Notes under the pieces: model-generated
Databases searched by the model: none
The model's input: only the letters and a program-made list of their open reading frames with translations
What the model was told of the DNA's origin: nothing
Source of the DNA: Alkalilimnicola ehrlichii MLHE-1
GTDB lineage: Bacteria > Pseudomonadota > Gammaproteobacteria > Nitrococcales > Halorhodospiraceae
DNA: 32,000 bases
Assembly (NCBI RefSeq): GCF_000014785.1
Contig: NC_008340.1
Span: 3,000,001-3,032,000, forward strand
Direction: 5' to 3'
Made by a program: the position numbers and the translations under genes
Part shown: piece after piece, positions 1-9,928 of the stretch
How the letters are laid out: every line of letters begins with the position of its first letter
Numbering within the stretch: the first letter of the stretch is position 1

Positions 1-1453
1 CCGCCACGACGGTATGGGTCAGGCGATGGGGCACCCCGGCCACGGCGCTTTCCGCCACCGCCGGGTGCCGGTTGAGCACCGCCTCCACCTCGGCCGGACC
101 CACCATGTAGCCGCGCGTCTTGATCACGTCGTCGGAGCGGCCGAGGAACTGCAGCTCACCGTCCGGCAGCCGCTTCGCCAAGTCACCGGACAGGTACCAG
201 CCGTCCAAGAAGGCCTGCCGGTACCGCTCGGTGTCGCCCAGATAGGCCAGAAACTGCGACGGCCAGCCGCTGCGCACGGCAATCTCCCCCACCTCCCCAC
301 GCGGCACCCGGGTCACGCCATCGTCGCCATGGCGGACCAGAGCCACCTCGATACCGGGCACCGCCCGCCCCATGCGTCCCGGGGCCACCGGCTCATCCCC
401 GTACTGGGCGATCATGATCACCCCGGTCTCCGACTGCCACCAGCCATTGCGCGCGGGGGTACCGAAGGTCGCCTGCGACCAATGGGTGAGCGGGGCGTCC
501 AGCGGTTCACCGGTGCTGAACAACCGCTGCAGGGCGGAGAGATCCACCCCGTCGGCGATCTCGGTGCCGGCCCGACGGAGCAGTCGCAGGGCGGTCGGGG
601 AGGTCACCCAGGACTGGATGCGCTCCTGCTCCAGCAACCCGTACCAGCGCTGCGCCTCGAAGGGGGGTTCGTCGATCAGGGTGGTGGCACCGCAGAGCAG
701 CGGCACCAGCATGGCGTAGGAGACCCCGGTGACCCAGCCGAGGTCCGCCGTACACCAGTGGCGACTGCCCGGCGACAGCTCCAGCACCAGCCGCCCGGAG
801 GCGACATGGGCGGCGGCGGCCCGGTGGGCGTGCAGCACGCATTTGGGCGGGCCCAGCGTGCCACTGGTGAAGTGCAGCAGGGCGGGGTACTCCGGCCCCG
901 TGGAGACTGGTGGCACCGGCTCGGCCTGGCCAATGAACCAGTCCCAGCGCTCTGCGTCAGGGGCCTCGCCGTCGAGCAGGATCACATCCTGCAGCGCCGG
1001 GAGCTGGGCCCGGATGGGCCAAATGGTCTCCCGGTAGAGCTGTTCGGTCGTCACCAGCACCCGGGCCTCGCTCACTGTCAGCCGCTGGCGCACCGGCTGA
1101 GGGCCGTAGACGGGGAACAAGGGCGCAAAGACGGCGCCCTGGCGCAGGGCGCCAAGGCCGGCGATAAAAGGCTCGGGCCGCCTGGGTGCCAGGGTACAGA
1201 CCCGCTCACCCAGGCCCACACCCCGGGCCCGGAGGGCGCCGGCAAAGCGGGCCGAGGCCTCCAGCAGTTCCGCGTAGCTGGAGGCCCGGCGCTCGTTATC
1301 CAGCCCCCGCCAGACCAGCGCCTCGTGATCGCCACCGCCCGCCTCCACGTGCCGGTCCAAAGCCTCGTAGGCCATGTTCAGCCGACCGTCCGGCAGCCCC
1401 TTCAGCCAGTGTCGCCTGATCTCGGCCCAGGAGAATCCATCCTCAGTAGCCAC
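1..1453 (-). CDS. AMP-binding acyl-/acetyl-CoA synthetase, partial (runs off the left edge)
   Basis: The minus strand encodes ...YPALLHFTSGTTGTPKCVLHAHR... (P-loop-like TSGTTGTPK), GWWQSETG and DGWYLSGDLAKRLPDGELQFLGRSDDVIKTRGYMVGPAEVE. Proposed GTG start at 1453 is preceded by AAGGAG. Confidence 0.9.
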   Translation of the reverse strand, partial: MATEDGFSWAEIRRHWLKGLPDGRLNMAYEALDRHVEAGGGDHEALVWRGLDNERRASSYAELLEASARFAGALRARGVGLGERVCTLAPRRPEPFIAGLGALRQGAVFAPLFPVYGPQPVRQRLTVSEARVLVTTEQLYRETIWPIRAQLPALQDVILLDGEAPDAERWDWFIGQAEPVPPVSTGPEYPALLHFTSGTLGPPKCVLHAHRAAAAHVASGRLVLELSPGSRHWCTADLGWVTGVSYAMLVPLLCGATTLIDEPPFEAQRWYGLLEQERIQSWVTSPTALRLLRRAGTEIADGVDLSALQRLFSTGEPLDAPLTHWSQATFGTPARNGWWQSETGVIMIAQYGDEPVAPGRMGRAVPGIEVALVRHGDDGVTRVPRGEVGEIAVRSGWPSQFLAYLGDTERYRQAFLDGWYLSGDLAKRLPDGELQFLGRSDDVIKTRGYMVGPAEVEAVLNRHPAVAESAVAGVPHRLTHTVVA

Positions 1454-1623
1454 CTGTGCGCACGCTCCTTACCATCCAGCGTCGATGCATCATCCAAGCC
1501 TACCAGCAAGCCGGCCAGGTCACAGCCGCCCCGTACCCGACGATGGCTCTCGCCACGGCCACTCCGGTAATATATACGGTACGGCGCACGTGTTGCGTCA
1601 CCGCCCCGGGCCCCGGAGCCGCC

Positions 1624-2691
1624 ATGATCGACACCCTGTTGCAGAACACCCTCGCCATCACGCTGGCCGCCGCCCCCTGGCTGCTGCTGGGGCTGCTGGT
1701 GGCCGGCGCGGTGCGCGCCCTGATACCGGAGGACCAACTCCAGACCTGGCTGGGCGGCAGCGGCATCGCCCCCATCACCCGGGCGGCGCTGGTGGGGGCC
1801 CCACTACCGCTGTGCTCCTGCGGCGCGATCCCGACGGCGGTGGCCCTGCACCGCGGCGGGGCCTCCCGCGGGGCCTCCACGGCCTTCCTGATCGGCACCC
1901 CCGGCGTGGGGGTGGACTCCGTGATCCTCACCTGGGCGCTGCTGGGCCCCTTTATGGCCGTGGTCCGCCCCCTCGGGGCGGTGAGCACCGCCATCGCCAC
2001 CGGCCTGGCCGTGGGTCGCTTGCCCCTGCCGCGGCAGGGCGGACAGGCCGTGAAGGACGCGGCGGAATGCGGTAGCTGCTGCGGCGAGAGTTGCGCCGGC
2101 GGGGCCGGAGCTGAGGCGGCGGCGGGAACGCCCTCCTTCGGCGGGCGCCTGGCCAGGGGGCTGCGCTATGCGGTAACCGACCTGCTGGATGATATCGGCC
2201 TCTGGCTGCTGGGCGGGCTGCTGCTGGCCGGCATGTTGATCACCTGGATCCCTGCCGGTGCCCTGGCTGAATGGGGCAGCGGTCTGCCTGCCATGCTGGC
2301 GCTGGCAGCGGCCGGTATCCCGCTGTACCTGTGCGCCACCGCAGTGACCCCTGTGGCCGCCGGACTGATCCTGGCCGGGGTCTCGCCCGGCACCGCCTTG
2401 GTGCTGTTGCTCGCCGGCCCGATCACCAGCCTCGCCACCCTGGCCGTGCTGCGCCGGGAGATGGGCATGACCGTGGTCTCGATCTACCTGGCCAGCATCC
2501 TGCTCTGCGCCGTATCGGCCGGGCTGCTGGTGGATGGCGTGGTGGCGGCGCTGGAGGTGGACGTGGCCGCGCAGTCCACCGCGGCCGTGGAATGGATGCC
2601 CGACGGGCTGAAATGGCTGGCGCTGATCGTGCTAGTGACCCTGGGCATCCGCCCCCTGCGCCGGCGGCTGCCCGGCCTCGCCCTCGATTGA
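1624..2691 (+). CDS. SO_0444 family Cu/Zn efflux permease (DUF318-like)
   Basis: MIDTLLQNTLAITLAAAPWLLLGLL..., LPLCSCGAIPTAVALHRGGASRGASTAFLIGTPGVGVDSV, central Cys-rich linker CGSCCGESC, multiple TM segments. The track ORF starts at 1456; I prefer the ATG at 1624. Confidence 0.8.
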   Translation: MIDTLLQNTLAITLAAAPWLLLGLLVAGAVRALIPEDQLQTWLGGSGIAPITRAALVGAPLPLCSCGAIPTAVALHRGGASRGASTAFLIGTPGVGVDSVILTWALLGPFMAVVRPLGAVSTAIATGLAVGRLPLPRQGGQAVKDAAECGSCCGESCAGGAGAEAAAGTPSFGGRLARGLRYAVTDLLDDIGLWLLGGLLLAGMLITWIPAGALAEWGSGLPAMLALAAAGIPLYLCATAVTPVAAGLILAGVSPGTALVLLLAGPITSLATLAVLRREMGMTVVSIYLASILLCAVSAGLLVDGVVAALEVDVAAQSTAAVEWMPDGLKWLALIVLVTLGIRPLRRRLPGLALD

Positions 2692-4311
2692 CCCTTCCGG
2701 GGGGGCAACGCAGACCCGGTCGCGCCCCCCGCTCTTGGCAAGGTACAGGGCCTGGTCGGCGCGTTTGAGCACTGCCGCCGGACCGTCATCGGCGGTGAAA
2801 CCGGCGACACCCGCCGAGGCGGTCACGGAATAGTCGACCCCGTCGTACTCGAAGCCGTCCTCCCGCAGTCCCTGCAATACCGCATCGGCAACCTGTGCGG
2901 CCTCCTCCGAGGTGGTCTCCGGCAGCAGGGCGACGAACTCCTCGCCGCCGTAGCGGGCCAGGAAATCGGACCGCCGCAGCCGCCTGTGAATCCGCCCTGC
3001 GATCTGGGCCAGCGCCTGGTCGCCGGCGGCATGGCCGAGCCGGTCGTTGATCAGCTTGAAATGGTCCACGTCGAAAAACACCAGGGCGAGCGGGCGCCGG
3101 TGGCGCTGCCAGCGGGCGAATTCGTAGTCCAGCCGCTCCTCCCAGGCCCGTCGGTTGGGCACGCCCGTCAGGCGGTCCTCACGGGAGGAGGCGCGGGCGT
3201 CGGCCAGGCGCTCGCGCAATTGCCGCGCCTCGCCCTCCATGATCTTCATGCGCTCGCGCAGGCTGCGCAGTTGCGCCTCCAGGGCCGCCGCACGCTGCGC
3301 CTCGGCGCGGCGCCGGGCGGCCAGCTGTTCACCCAGCTTGTCCACATGCCGGCTGACGGCGGCCTTGAGGGCCTGGAGATCGCCGTACCGGGCCAGATCC
3401 GCATCCAACCCGGCCAGCTCGTCGTGCATCCACCGCCGCTCGTCCACCTGCGCCCGGCTGTGATCCCGCTCGACCCGCTCAGCGCTGGCCATCAGCTCCT
3501 CCATCTCGCCCAACCGGGTCTCCAACGCGGCCATAAAGCGCTTCAGGCCATCCCGCTCCGCCTCCAGGCGAGCGCGCACCTCGGCGGCGAGTCCCGCCAG
3601 GCTGTCGAGGATATCCGCAAGGCCGTCCAGCCCCTCGGCGTTCAGGGCATCGACCCGCTGGCCAAGACCGTCGTCCTCGTCGTCTCCCGGCCCCAGCACG
3701 GACCGCAATAGCCCCGCCAGGCTGCGCCGCAGCCGGCGAACGCTGGCTGGCTTGGTCGGGCCGGCGGTGGGCGCCGGGTCACCGGGGCCGGCCGACGGAG
3801 CACCCCGCCCGGCGCCACCGAGCAAACGGCGGAACACCCCCTCCCGCGGCAGCGGGGCTGCCGGCTGGATCGCTTGCGGCGCGGGGATACAGAGCTCGAC
3901 CACCTCCGGGGCCAGCTCGAGGGCCTCCAGCTCCGTCACCGTCTCCAGGCGCGCCCGAAGCTGCCGGGCCCGGCGCACGCCGGCGCGTCCCTGCACCCGG
4001 TCAAGCAGGCGCAGCAGGTGGCCGCGCAGCGGCTGCAGCCGGCCGTCGCGCTCCAGTCCCTGGGCACGCTGACGGATCACAGCGCTCTGTTCGGTCAGTT
4101 CGGCGCGGCCGTGGGGGCTGCGCATCGCCGCGCGCAACCGGTCCAGGGCCCGGTCCAGCTGCGGATCGCGACCGACACCACACAACGCCACCTCCCTCAG
4201 GGCAAGGCGCAGGCGCTCCTCCAGCCGGACCCAGGCGGACTCGCGCCGGTCCATCTCGGCGATACACTCCAGATAGCGTTGGCGCCAGTCCTGGCTCCCG
4301 TCCACCGGCAT
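2632..4311 (-). CDS. Diguanylate cyclase with long coiled-coil N-terminus
   Basis: 559 aa. C-terminal GGDEF domain (DRLTGVPNRRAWEERL, FFDVDHFKLINDRLGHAAGDQAL, RYGGEEFVALLP) after Arg/Glu/Ala-rich coiled-coil sequence. Confidence 0.88.
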   Translation of the reverse strand: MPVDGSQDWRQRYLECIAEMDRRESAWVRLEERLRLALREVALCGVGRDPQLDRALDRLRAAMRSPHGRAELTEQSAVIRQRAQGLERDGRLQPLRGHLLRLLDRVQGRAGVRRARQLRARLETVTELEALELAPEVVELCIPAPQAIQPAAPLPREGVFRRLLGGAGRGAPSAGPGDPAPTAGPTKPASVRRLRRSLAGLLRSVLGPGDDEDDGLGQRVDALNAEGLDGLADILDSLAGLAAEVRARLEAERDGLKRFMAALETRLGEMEELMASAERVERDHSRAQVDERRWMHDELAGLDADLARYGDLQALKAAVSRHVDKLGEQLAARRRAEAQRAAALEAQLRSLRERMKIMEGEARQLRERLADARASSREDRLTGVPNRRAWEERLDYEFARWQRHRRPLALVFFDVDHFKLINDRLGHAAGDQALAQIAGRIHRRLRRSDFLARYGGEEFVALLPETTSEEAAQVADAVLQGLREDGFEYDGVDYSVTASAGVAGFTADDGPAAVLKRADQALYLAKSGGRDRVCVAPPEGSIEGEAGQPPAQGADAQGH

Positions 4312-4416
4312 ACTCGACTCCTCTCAGGCGGGGCCCGAACCGACGCGGCCCCGAAATACCCTTCACGGATCGCAGTTTTAACGCACGAGCGGTATACTCG
4401 CGGCACAGTCACCATA

Positions 4417-5670
4417 ATGAAGTGGTGGCGGGTTCACCAGCCCGCCGCCGACCCGAACAGGCCGCCGCCCGATCTGATGAAGCCATGCCCGAGCACCACA
4501 CGACAGCTGATCCGCCTGCGTGACCGCGTGCTCGCGCGGTCCCGGCAGATCATGCTCGAGCTCAGCGGCGGCGACCCGGAGGGCATACTCTCACCCCGGC
4601 ATCACGGCCTGATCCTGCGCCGACAGCGGGCCCGCCTGTTGATCTCCCGGGTCCGGATCGTTGCCTTTGTCTTCGCCATCCTCACCCCGCTCTGGATCGC
4701 CGTGGACCTCGCCGTCTTCCCCCCGGAGATCGCCCTGCCGCTGGGCATCGCCCGGCTGCTCACCAGCACTGCCTTCTTCAGCCTGGCGTTGATGTATGCG
4801 GACTCGGATCGGGTCTGGCATGCCTGGGTCGCATTGGGGTTGATGTTCCTGATCCCCACGCTGTTTTTCCTCTACAGCCACTCACTGCTGGCGGGCACGG
4901 ACATGGAGGGGGTGTCCGCGGCGATGGCGGCCGGCTATGCCTACCTCCCCTTCGTGATGCTCTCGGGGCTGGCGGTCTTCCCGCTGACGGCGCTGGAGGC
5001 GGCGGTCTTCGCCCTCCCCGTGGTCGCCGCCCAGGCACTCACCGGTCTGCTGGGCCAGGACCTGATGGGGTGGAGCAACCAGCTGGGTGCCACCTGGCTG
5101 CTGGTGCTGATCGCGGTGGTGGCGGCGCTGGCCGGTATGAGCCAGCTGCACTTCATGGCCGAGCTGGTGCGCCGCTCCTCCCATGACGCCCTCACCGGCT
5201 GTCTCAACCGCGCCAGCGGCGAGGAGCTGGTGCGGCTGCACTTCAGCATGGCGCGGCGGACCGGTGAGCCGGTCACCGTTGTGTTCATGGACCTGGACCG
5301 GTTCAAGTCGATCAACGACCGCTTCGGCCACGATATCGGCGATGTGGTGCTCTACCAGGCCGCAAACGCCATCCGCGAGCAGCTTCGGGATACCGACACG
5401 TTGATCCGCTGGGGCGGAGAGGAGTTCGTCCTGCTGCTGCCGGGCGCCACGCGGAGCGATGCCTGTCGGGCCCTGGCCCGTCTGCAGTCCAACGGGCTGG
5501 GCCTGCGCCCCGACGGCAGGCCACTCACCGCCAGCTTCGGACTGGCCGACACCCTGACCCCCGGGGTCAGCGACGTCGACAGCCTGGTGGAGACGGCGGA
5601 TCGGCACATGTACGCGGCCAAGCGGGCCGGCGGCGACCGCATCGTGGCCGGCCTGGAGCCCACACCCTGA
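4417..5670 (+). CDS. Membrane-anchored diguanylate cyclase (GGDEF)
   Basis: Several hydrophobic segments, then SHDALTGCLNRASGEELV, VFMDLDRFKSINDRFGHDIGD and RWGGEEFVLLLPG. Alternative ATG at 4477. The upstream part of the 598-aa track ORF (from 3874) overlaps the divergent gene and is not credible. Confidence 0.88.
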   Translation: MKWWRVHQPAADPNRPPPDLMKPCPSTTRQLIRLRDRVLARSRQIMLELSGGDPEGILSPRHHGLILRRQRARLLISRVRIVAFVFAILTPLWIAVDLAVFPPEIALPLGIARLLTSTAFFSLALMYADSDRVWHAWVALGLMFLIPTLFFLYSHSLLAGTDMEGVSAAMAAGYAYLPFVMLSGLAVFPLTALEAAVFALPVVAAQALTGLLGQDLMGWSNQLGATWLLVLIAVVAALAGMSQLHFMAELVRRSSHDALTGCLNRASGEELVRLHFSMARRTGEPVTVVFMDLDRFKSINDRFGHDIGDVVLYQAANAIREQLRDTDTLIRWGGEEFVLLLPGATRSDACRALARLQSNGLGLRPDGRPLTASFGLADTLTPGVSDVDSLVETADRHMYAAKRAGGDRIVAGLEPTP

Positions 5671-5679
5671 GGGCCGGAA

Positions 5680-7341
5680 TCACTCCGCCACCCGGGCGGC
5701 ACCGATCCCGCGCGGGTCCGAGGCCGCGTGCAGACGGCCCTCGCAGTGGTCCCAGAGCAGCGCCTGCATGTCGCCGTAGCGGCGGTTGACGTTGCGCAGG
5801 CGATGGCCTCGGCCCTGAAGGTCCGCCCGGGTGGACCGGGAGAAGGCCCCCGGCTCGTGCTGGATCTCGTCCGGCAGGTACTGGTGGTGGTATCGGGGGG
5901 CGGCAACCAGCTCGTCCAGGGGGGTGGCCTCGAGAAACCCCAGGGCACCCAGCATCACCATGGTGACGATCCGGCTGCCGCCGGGCGTGCCGTAGATGAG
6001 CGTGCGGCACTCATCCTCCAGAAAGGCGGGCGTCATGCTGGAGAGCGGGCGCTTGCCCGGCTCGATGCGGTTGGGCTCGGTGCCCAGCAGGCCGTAGACG
6101 TTTCCCTCCCCCAGCGCCGTGGCGAAGTCATCCATCTCGTTGTTCAGCAGTACCCCGGTCCCGGGCGGCACGGTGGTGGCGCCGAAGGGGTAGTTGATGG
6201 AGAGGGTGGCCGCCACCCGATTGCCCTGGCCATCCACCACGGAGAAATGCGTGGTCTGCCGCCCCTCACCGCCGGCCACCGGCACCGGCAGCTCGGTGCT
6301 GGGGGTGGCCTGCGCCATGTCGATCTCCGCTCGCAGCGCGCGGGCATACTCCGCGCTGAGCAGGCGATCCATGGGGATCTCGGTGAAATCCGGGTCGCCC
6401 AGCCAGGCCGCCCGGTCACGATAGACCCGCCGCATGGCCTCGCTGGTCAGGTGGACCCGATCCGCCCTGGACAGGGCTTGCCAGTCGTCGTCGGCCAGCA
6501 TCTGCAGGAACCCGACCAGCCCCACCCCCCCGGCCGACGGCGGTGCCGCGGCAGTGATCCGCAGATCCCCCATCCGCCCGCGCACCGGCTCGCGTTCCAC
6601 CACGCGGTACCCGGCCAGGTCATCCAGGGTCCAGATCCCGCCGGTGGCCCGCACCCCGGCCACCAGGGCCTCGGCCACCGGCCCCTCGTAGAAGCCGGCC
6701 AAACCGTGCTCGGCGATGCGCTCAAGAGAATCGGCCAGATCCGGCTGACGCAGCAGGCTGCCCTGGGGCGGCGGTATGCGGTCACGAAGGAAGATCCGCC
6801 GGGCCTCCGGGTCGGCATTCAGCGCCCGCACCCGGAACAGGGCCATGCGCCGATACTGGCTGTCCACCTGAAAGCCCTGACGGGCCAGCCGGATGGCAGG
6901 TGCCAGGCTCTCCGCGAGCGGCAGCGCCCCGTACTCCCGGGCCAGGTGGACCATCGCTGCCGGGGTGCCGGGGATGGCGGCCGCCAACCCGCCCTGCAGG
7001 GAACGCTCGCGGTCCAGTTCCCCGCTGTCATCCAGATACATGTCCGGGTAGGCCGCACCGGGTGCGGTCTCGCGCCCGTCAAGCATCACCTCATGGCCGT
7101 CCGCGGCCCGGTGCAGTAACCAGAAGCCACCGCCACCGATCCCGGAGCCATAGGGCTCCACCACCGCCAGGGTGGCGGTCAGGGTCACGGCCGCGTCGAA
7201 GGCGTTACCCCCCTGGGCCATCACCTCCATGGCGGCCGCACTGGCACGCGGATGGGCCGAGGCAACGGCCGGCGGCGGCGTCGCCAGTGCCTCGCCGGCC
7301 CAGCAAAGGAGCAGGCCGACAACCAGGGCCACCCGGCGCAT
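5680..7341 (-). CDS. ggt: Gamma-glutamyltransferase
   Basis: Signal peptide, GGNAFDAAVTLTATLAVVEPYGSGIGGGGFWL, catalytic-Thr region QTTHFSVVDGQGNRVAATLSINYPFG and GKRPLSSMTPAF. Start is ATG 7341 or the alternative TTG 7347. Confidence 0.93.
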   Translation of the reverse strand: MRRVALVVGLLLCWAGEALATPPPAVASAHPRASAAAMEVMAQGGNAFDAAVTLTATLAVVEPYGSGIGGGGFWLLHRAADGHEVMLDGRETAPGAAYPDMYLDDSGELDRERSLQGGLAAAIPGTPAAMVHLAREYGALPLAESLAPAIRLARQGFQVDSQYRRMALFRVRALNADPEARRIFLRDRIPPPQGSLLRQPDLADSLERIAEHGLAGFYEGPVAEALVAGVRATGGIWTLDDLAGYRVVEREPVRGRMGDLRITAAAPPSAGGVGLVGFLQMLADDDWQALSRADRVHLTSEAMRRVYRDRAAWLGDPDFTEIPMDRLLSAEYARALRAEIDMAQATPSTELPVPVAGGEGRQTTHFSVVDGQGNRVAATLSINYPFGATTVPPGTGVLLNNEMDDFATALGEGNVYGLLGTEPNRIEPGKRPLSSMTPAFLEDECRTLIYGTPGGSRIVTMVMLGALGFLEATPLDELVAAPRYHHQYLPDEIQHEPGAFSRSTRADLQGRGHRLRNVNRRYGDMQALLWDHCEGRLHAASDPRGIGAARVAE

Positions 7342-7343
7342 GC

Positions 7344-7892
<549 letters not shown>

Positions 7893-7907
7893 TTATAAAC
7901 CCCTGGT

Positions 7908-8486
7908 TTATTCTGATTTTTGGCGTCCAGGCTCTTCCGGGCTGATCAGGGCGTAACGCACCCCGCCGGCCCGCTTCTCGCGCTGGACCGACCAGCCCGC
8001 CGGCAGCGCCGGCGGAGGCTGGTGGGCATCGCTCTCCAGATAGAGCCGCCCGCCCGGCACCAGCCATTGCCGCTCGGCGATAAGCTGCATGGCGGCCTCC
8101 CCCAGGCTGGCGCGAAAGGGCGGATCCAGAAAGACGATATCCATACTTTGTACCGGTCCGGCGAGAAAACGCAATGCATCGGTCGGGACCACGCGGCCAC
8201 GCTCCGCCGCGTCCAGGACCTGCAACTGCGCGCGCAACGCCGCCGCTACCCGCGCATTGCGTTCCACGAAGACCACCTCGGCCGCCCCCCGGGAAAGGGC
8301 CTCCAGGCCCAGGACACCGCTACCGGCAAAGAGGTCGAGACAACGGGCACCGGGGATCCGCGCCTGCACCCAGTTGAACAGCGTCTCGCGGATACGATCG
8401 CCGGTGGGTCGCAGATCCGGGCCGCGGGGCACCGCCAGCCGGCGCCCCCGCCAGGCGCCGCCGATGATCCGAAGGTGCCCGCTCAA
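7908..8486 (-). CDS. rsmD: 16S rRNA (guanine966-N2)-methyltransferase
   Basis: RIIGGAWRGRRLAVP...LRPTGDRIRETLFNWVQ, LDLFAGSGVLGLEALSRGA, DIVFLDPPF. Start codon in the track is TTG. Confidence 0.93.
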   Translation of the reverse strand: MSGHLRIIGGAWRGRRLAVPRGPDLRPTGDRIRETLFNWVQARIPGARCLDLFAGSGVLGLEALSRGAAEVVFVERNARVAAALRAQLQVLDAAERGRVVPTDALRFLAGPVQSMDIVFLDPPFRASLGEAAMQLIAERQWLVPGGRLYLESDAHQPPPALPAGWSVQREKRAGGVRYALISPEEPGRQKSE

Positions 8487-9928
8487 GGGGCCGCCTCCCC
8501 GGCACCGCCGCCCGGACCGACGTGGTCACGCTCATAGGGGGCGCCAGGCTCACCGGGTGGCGGCTCCTCCAGCGCCTCGTCATCCACCTCCTCCTCCGGC
8601 GGCCCCACCAGCACGGTCACCATGCGGTCCGGGTCGATCCGCTCACGGAGGACCCGGTGGACGCGCTCGCGGTCCAGGGCCTCCAGGCGCAAAAGGTAGC
8701 TCTCGAGCTGATCCAGAGGCAGGCCATAGAAGCCGATATCGGCGATGGCGGAGAGCAGCTGGCGGTTGCTCTCCAGCTCCAGCGGGAAGCTGCCCGCCAG
8801 GTAGCGCAGGGCCCGGTCCATCTCCTCGTCGTCGGGCCCGTCCGCCAGATAGGCACGCAGCTCCTCGTCGAGCACCTCCAACGCCTCCCCGGTCCGATCG
8901 GCCCGCACCTGGCTGCCGAGTACCACCGGGCCGGCCTTACGCATCGGCGCCAGGCCGCTGTGGCTGCTGTAAGAGAGCCCGCGCTCCTCACGCATGGCCT
9001 GGAAGATGCGGGAGACCAGCCCGGAACCGCCGAGGATGTGATCGGCCACCGAGAGCGCCAGCAGGTCCTCATCACCCCGGGCGATGGCCGGGTGCCCCAT
9101 CAGGATGCGGGTTTGGGTCCCGGGGAACGCCACCTCCACCGTGCGTGCCGGTACCCGCGGCACGGCGGGGAGGGGCGGTGCGGGATCACCCACCGGCAGG
9201 GCACGGGACAGGCGCTCGGCCAAGGCCTCGGCCTGCTCTCGGGTGAGATCGCCCACCAGGGCGATCTGGGCATTGCCGGTGGTGTAATGATCGGCGTGGA
9301 AGGCCTGCACGTCGGCGCGGGCAATGGCCCGGATACCCTCCTCGGTACCGGAGGGTGCGCGGGCGTAGGGGTGGCCCGGGTAGAGGGTCTCGAACAGCGT
9401 CCGCCACGCCATCGCGCTGGCGGACTGACGCTCGCCGCGCAGGGCGACCAGACGGCGCTGGCGCTCCCGCGCCAGGGCGTCTTCGGGAAAGTCGGGCGCG
9501 GCCAGTACGTCGTCCAGCACGGCCAGGGCCGCCTCCAGCGCCTCCTCTTCCGCCAGGCTGCGCAGGCTGACCACTGCCTGCTCCCGACCCGCGTTCACCG
9601 ACAGACGCGCCCCCTGGTCTTCCAGCCGCCGGGCAATCTCACCGGCATCCAGGCCGGCCGCCCCCTGATCGAGCAGGTTGGCGGTGACCCGTGCCAGCCC
9701 CGCCTGGTCACACTCCCGGGCGCTGCCGGCGTCGAAGGTGACCGCCACATCGATGATGGGCAGCGCGGCGCTGCGCACGAAGTAGACCGGAACCCCGACC
9801 TCGGTCTCCCAGTGCTCGATCTCGGGGATTGCGAACTCCCCCTCATCGGCCGATGCCGGCAGGGCGACCACCAGCAGCACGGCCAGGGCAACGCTCAGCA
9901 GGTGTCTTAGTGATCGGTACAGGCTCAT
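8483..9928 (-). CDS. M16 family peptidase, probable non-catalytic partner (lacks HxxEH)
   Basis: 481 aa with signal peptide and M16 fold sequences. No HxxEH motif in the N-terminal domain. ATGA overlap with the upstream M16 gene. Confidence 0.87.
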   Translation of the reverse strand: MSLYRSLRHLLSVALAVLLVVALPASADEGEFAIPEIEHWETEVGVPVYFVRSAALPIIDVAVTFDAGSARECDQAGLARVTANLLDQGAAGLDAGEIARRLEDQGARLSVNAGREQAVVSLRSLAEEEALEAALAVLDDVLAAPDFPEDALARERQRRLVALRGERQSASAMAWRTLFETLYPGHPYARAPSGTEEGIRAIARADVQAFHADHYTTGNAQIALVGDLTREQAEALAERLSRALPVGDPAPPLPAVPRVPARTVEVAFPGTQTRILMGHPAIARGDEDLLALSVADHILGGSGLVSRIFQAMREERGLSYSSHSGLAPMRKAGPVVLGSQVRADRTGEALEVLDEELRAYLADGPDDEEMDRALRYLAGSFPLELESNRQLLSAIADIGFYGLPLDQLESYLLRLEALDRERVHRVLRERIDPDRMVTVLVGPPEEEVDDEALEEPPPGEPGAPYERDHVGPGGGAGEAAP

